Positions 62,772 through 64,000 of a DNA stretch of 64,000 nucleotides are shown piece by piece (position 1 is the first letter of the stretch; each line of letters opens with the position of its first letter). A program made the position numbers and the translations under genes. The stretch is from Bacillota bacterium (GTDB taxonomy: Bacteria; Bacillota; Clostridia; Christensenellales; UBA1242): NCBI GenBank assembly GCA_009784665.1, contig WRBH01000003.1, positions 5,498 to 69,497 of the forward strand, written 5' to 3'. The notes under the pieces are model-generated. The model was given only the letters and a program-made list of their open reading frames with translations, was not told where the DNA came from and did no database searches.

Positions 62772-62800
62772 AGTATAGCCTTAACACAATACTTTGTCTA
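62772..62800 (-). promoter_or_regulatory. hslU promoter, leaderless start at 62765
   Basis: Minus strand TAGACA(62800-62795)-17nt-TATACT(62777-62772); ATG 6 nt downstream. The -35 overlaps the upstream stop codon. Confidence 0.55.
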
Positions 62801-64000
62801 GTTCTTTTTCTTCATAGCATCTTTGACATCTTGATCGGTGACGGTTCCAGATTTTCCTTCACGAAGGTCTTTTATGAAGTCGTTTCCGAATCTTTGCTTT
62901 TGTTGCTGGGCCGCGACAAGTTCAGCTTTGATTGTTGCATATTTCTTTCTCGAGCTGAGTACATACAGAAGAACCGCAATCAACAGAAGAGGAATCAAGA
63001 TAGCAGGCAACAAGATAGCAATAAGTATTCCTGTAGCCATTGCGAATGTGATTTCACTATTTAGATCAAGTTGATGTTCTGTGAGCCACGCATTATCAAA
63101 TGTAATTGTCACAACATCACCAGTTCTTGTAACATTAAGGCTGTCGTCTGCAACAAGGTCGGATATACGCACTCCATTGATTGTCCAACTGGAAATTCTT
63201 CGGCCGCTTGGAACTACTGCTGTTACAGTGAATTCTTGGTTCATCCCTAGAGTAGTCCTGTTTACAGTAATTTCATCATCTAGGTCAGGGTTCAAAGTAA
63301 ATTGCTGTGCTTGGAACCTTATTGTAATATCACGAGGGTTCTGCAAGTTGCTTAGCGTAATAACTTGACCGTTAATTTCAGTGGCGTGTACATTCAGGAA
63401 AGGTCTGTCGGCCAGAAGTTGAAAGTGCTGGGCCGGGGATGCTGCTATTGTGACGGTCGATCCAACATCAACGGTAATTGTGTTGACATCTCCACCATTA
63501 ATTGTGAAAGATCCCATGTCGACTTGAGCTTCTGGAATTGTTACAGTGACAGTAACTTGACGAATAAAGCGTGCGGAAATGACAAGATCATTCATGACGC
63601 TAAGGTGATTATCAAGGAATGTTTCGGTGATGTTAGTGGCACTGTCAAATGGGACAAGCACATCAGCAGTATTCCTGAAGAAGAATCCAGCAAACCTGTG
63701 TCCAGCAGGAGCTGTAGGTTGAACTGCAGACAGAATGTTACCCAAATTAACTTGTGTAACCACACTTCCTCCTACAGTTGCCTCAAGAACAGGCTCGAAT
63801 ATTCCTGGAACATTTGGTAAGCGGGCACCATTGGCGTCCACAGTTTCAAATCTAACTGCGAACGATCTGTTAACGAACGAGGCAGTAACAGTTCGTGGAG
63901 ACATTACAGTTATAAACGCAGTTGTAGGACCATCCATTTCTGCAGATGAAACATCAAAGCCATTGAACATGAACATACGATTAGCATGTGCCTCGATTCT
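62798..64000 (-). CDS. surface protein with InlB-B-repeat-like domains and a C-terminal TM anchor; N-terminus probably outside the window
   Basis: The frame stays open from 63976 to the window edge, and there is no signal peptide at Met 63976. C-terminal GILIAILLPAILIPLLLIAVLLYVL helix plus a basic tail. Confidence 0.75.
   Translation of the reverse strand, partial: RIEAHANRMFMFNGFDVSSAEMDGPTTAFITVMSPRTVTASFVNRSFAVRFETVDANGARLPNVPGIFEPVLEATVGGSVVTQVNLGNILSAVQPTAPAGHRFAGFFFRNTADVLVPFDSATNITETFLDNHLSVMNDLVISARFIRQVTVTVTIPEAQVDMGSFTINGGDVNTITVDVGSTVTIAASPAQHFQLLADRPFLNVHATEINGQVITLSNLQNPRDITIRFQAQQFTLNPDLDDEITVNRTTLGMNQEFTVTAVVPSGRRISSWTINGVRISDLVADDSLNVTRTGDVVTITFDNAWLTEHQLDLNSEITFAMATGILIAILLPAILIPLLLIAVLLYVLSSRKKYATIKAELVAAQQQKQRFGNDFIKDLREGKSGTVTDQDVKDAMKKKN

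Noticed and set aside
1-64000. CRISPR arrays, IS elements/transposases, rRNA genes, prophage modules and recognisable defence systems (RM, Abi, CBASS, toxin-antitoxin).
   Set aside because: No regularly spaced direct repeats were found. I saw no transposase, integrase, Cas or methyltransferase-endonuclease signatures in any frame. The accessory genes are orphans without diagnostic motifs.

Overview
This is a very gene-dense chromosomal segment with about 58 protein genes, one tRNA-Tyr, and no rRNA, CRISPR array, transposase, integrase or reverse transcriptase. Gene content and local order look Bacillota-like. The housekeeping blocks are: nusA/ylxR/infB/rbfA/nrnA/truB; rsmD/murI/ylbJ-like; dnaG-sigA; rpoZ-priA-def-fmt-rpe-like-rpmB; dinB; comM-dprA-topA; and hslV and hslU. 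About 25 lineage-specific hypothetical genes sit between these blocks. Three repeat-rich surface proteins are also present: a 3832-aa giant at 13886-25384, an RCC1 beta-propeller protein at 58582-61437, and a partial protein at 62798-64000.

The strongest signal I see is architectural. More than 30 gene starts lie only 5-6 nt (range 2-10) downstream of a near-consensus -35/-10 promoter, which implies leaderless mRNAs. Promoter-distal cistrons, by contrast, carry GGAGG-type Shine-Dalgarno sites. Divergent genes share or interdigitate promoter hexamers, and convergent genes abut or overlap with no intrinsic terminators between them.

Other points worth a second look:
- Conserved operons are broken up: nusA-infB is interrupted, and hslU and hslV are split and in reversed order.
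- sigA carries a basic Lys/Pro-rich N-terminal extension.
- An XRE-HTH/pentapeptide-repeat fusion sits directly upstream of topA.
- A DMP19-like gene is paired back-to-back with an ATP-dependent DNA ligase.
- There is a small kinase-like gene and a degenerate DEDD-exonuclease-like gene.
- 10-nt homopolymers lie inside infB and inside a membrane-protein gene.

I could not assign any accessory cluster to a known defence or mobile system. All functional calls rest on motifs read from the translations; no database search was run.
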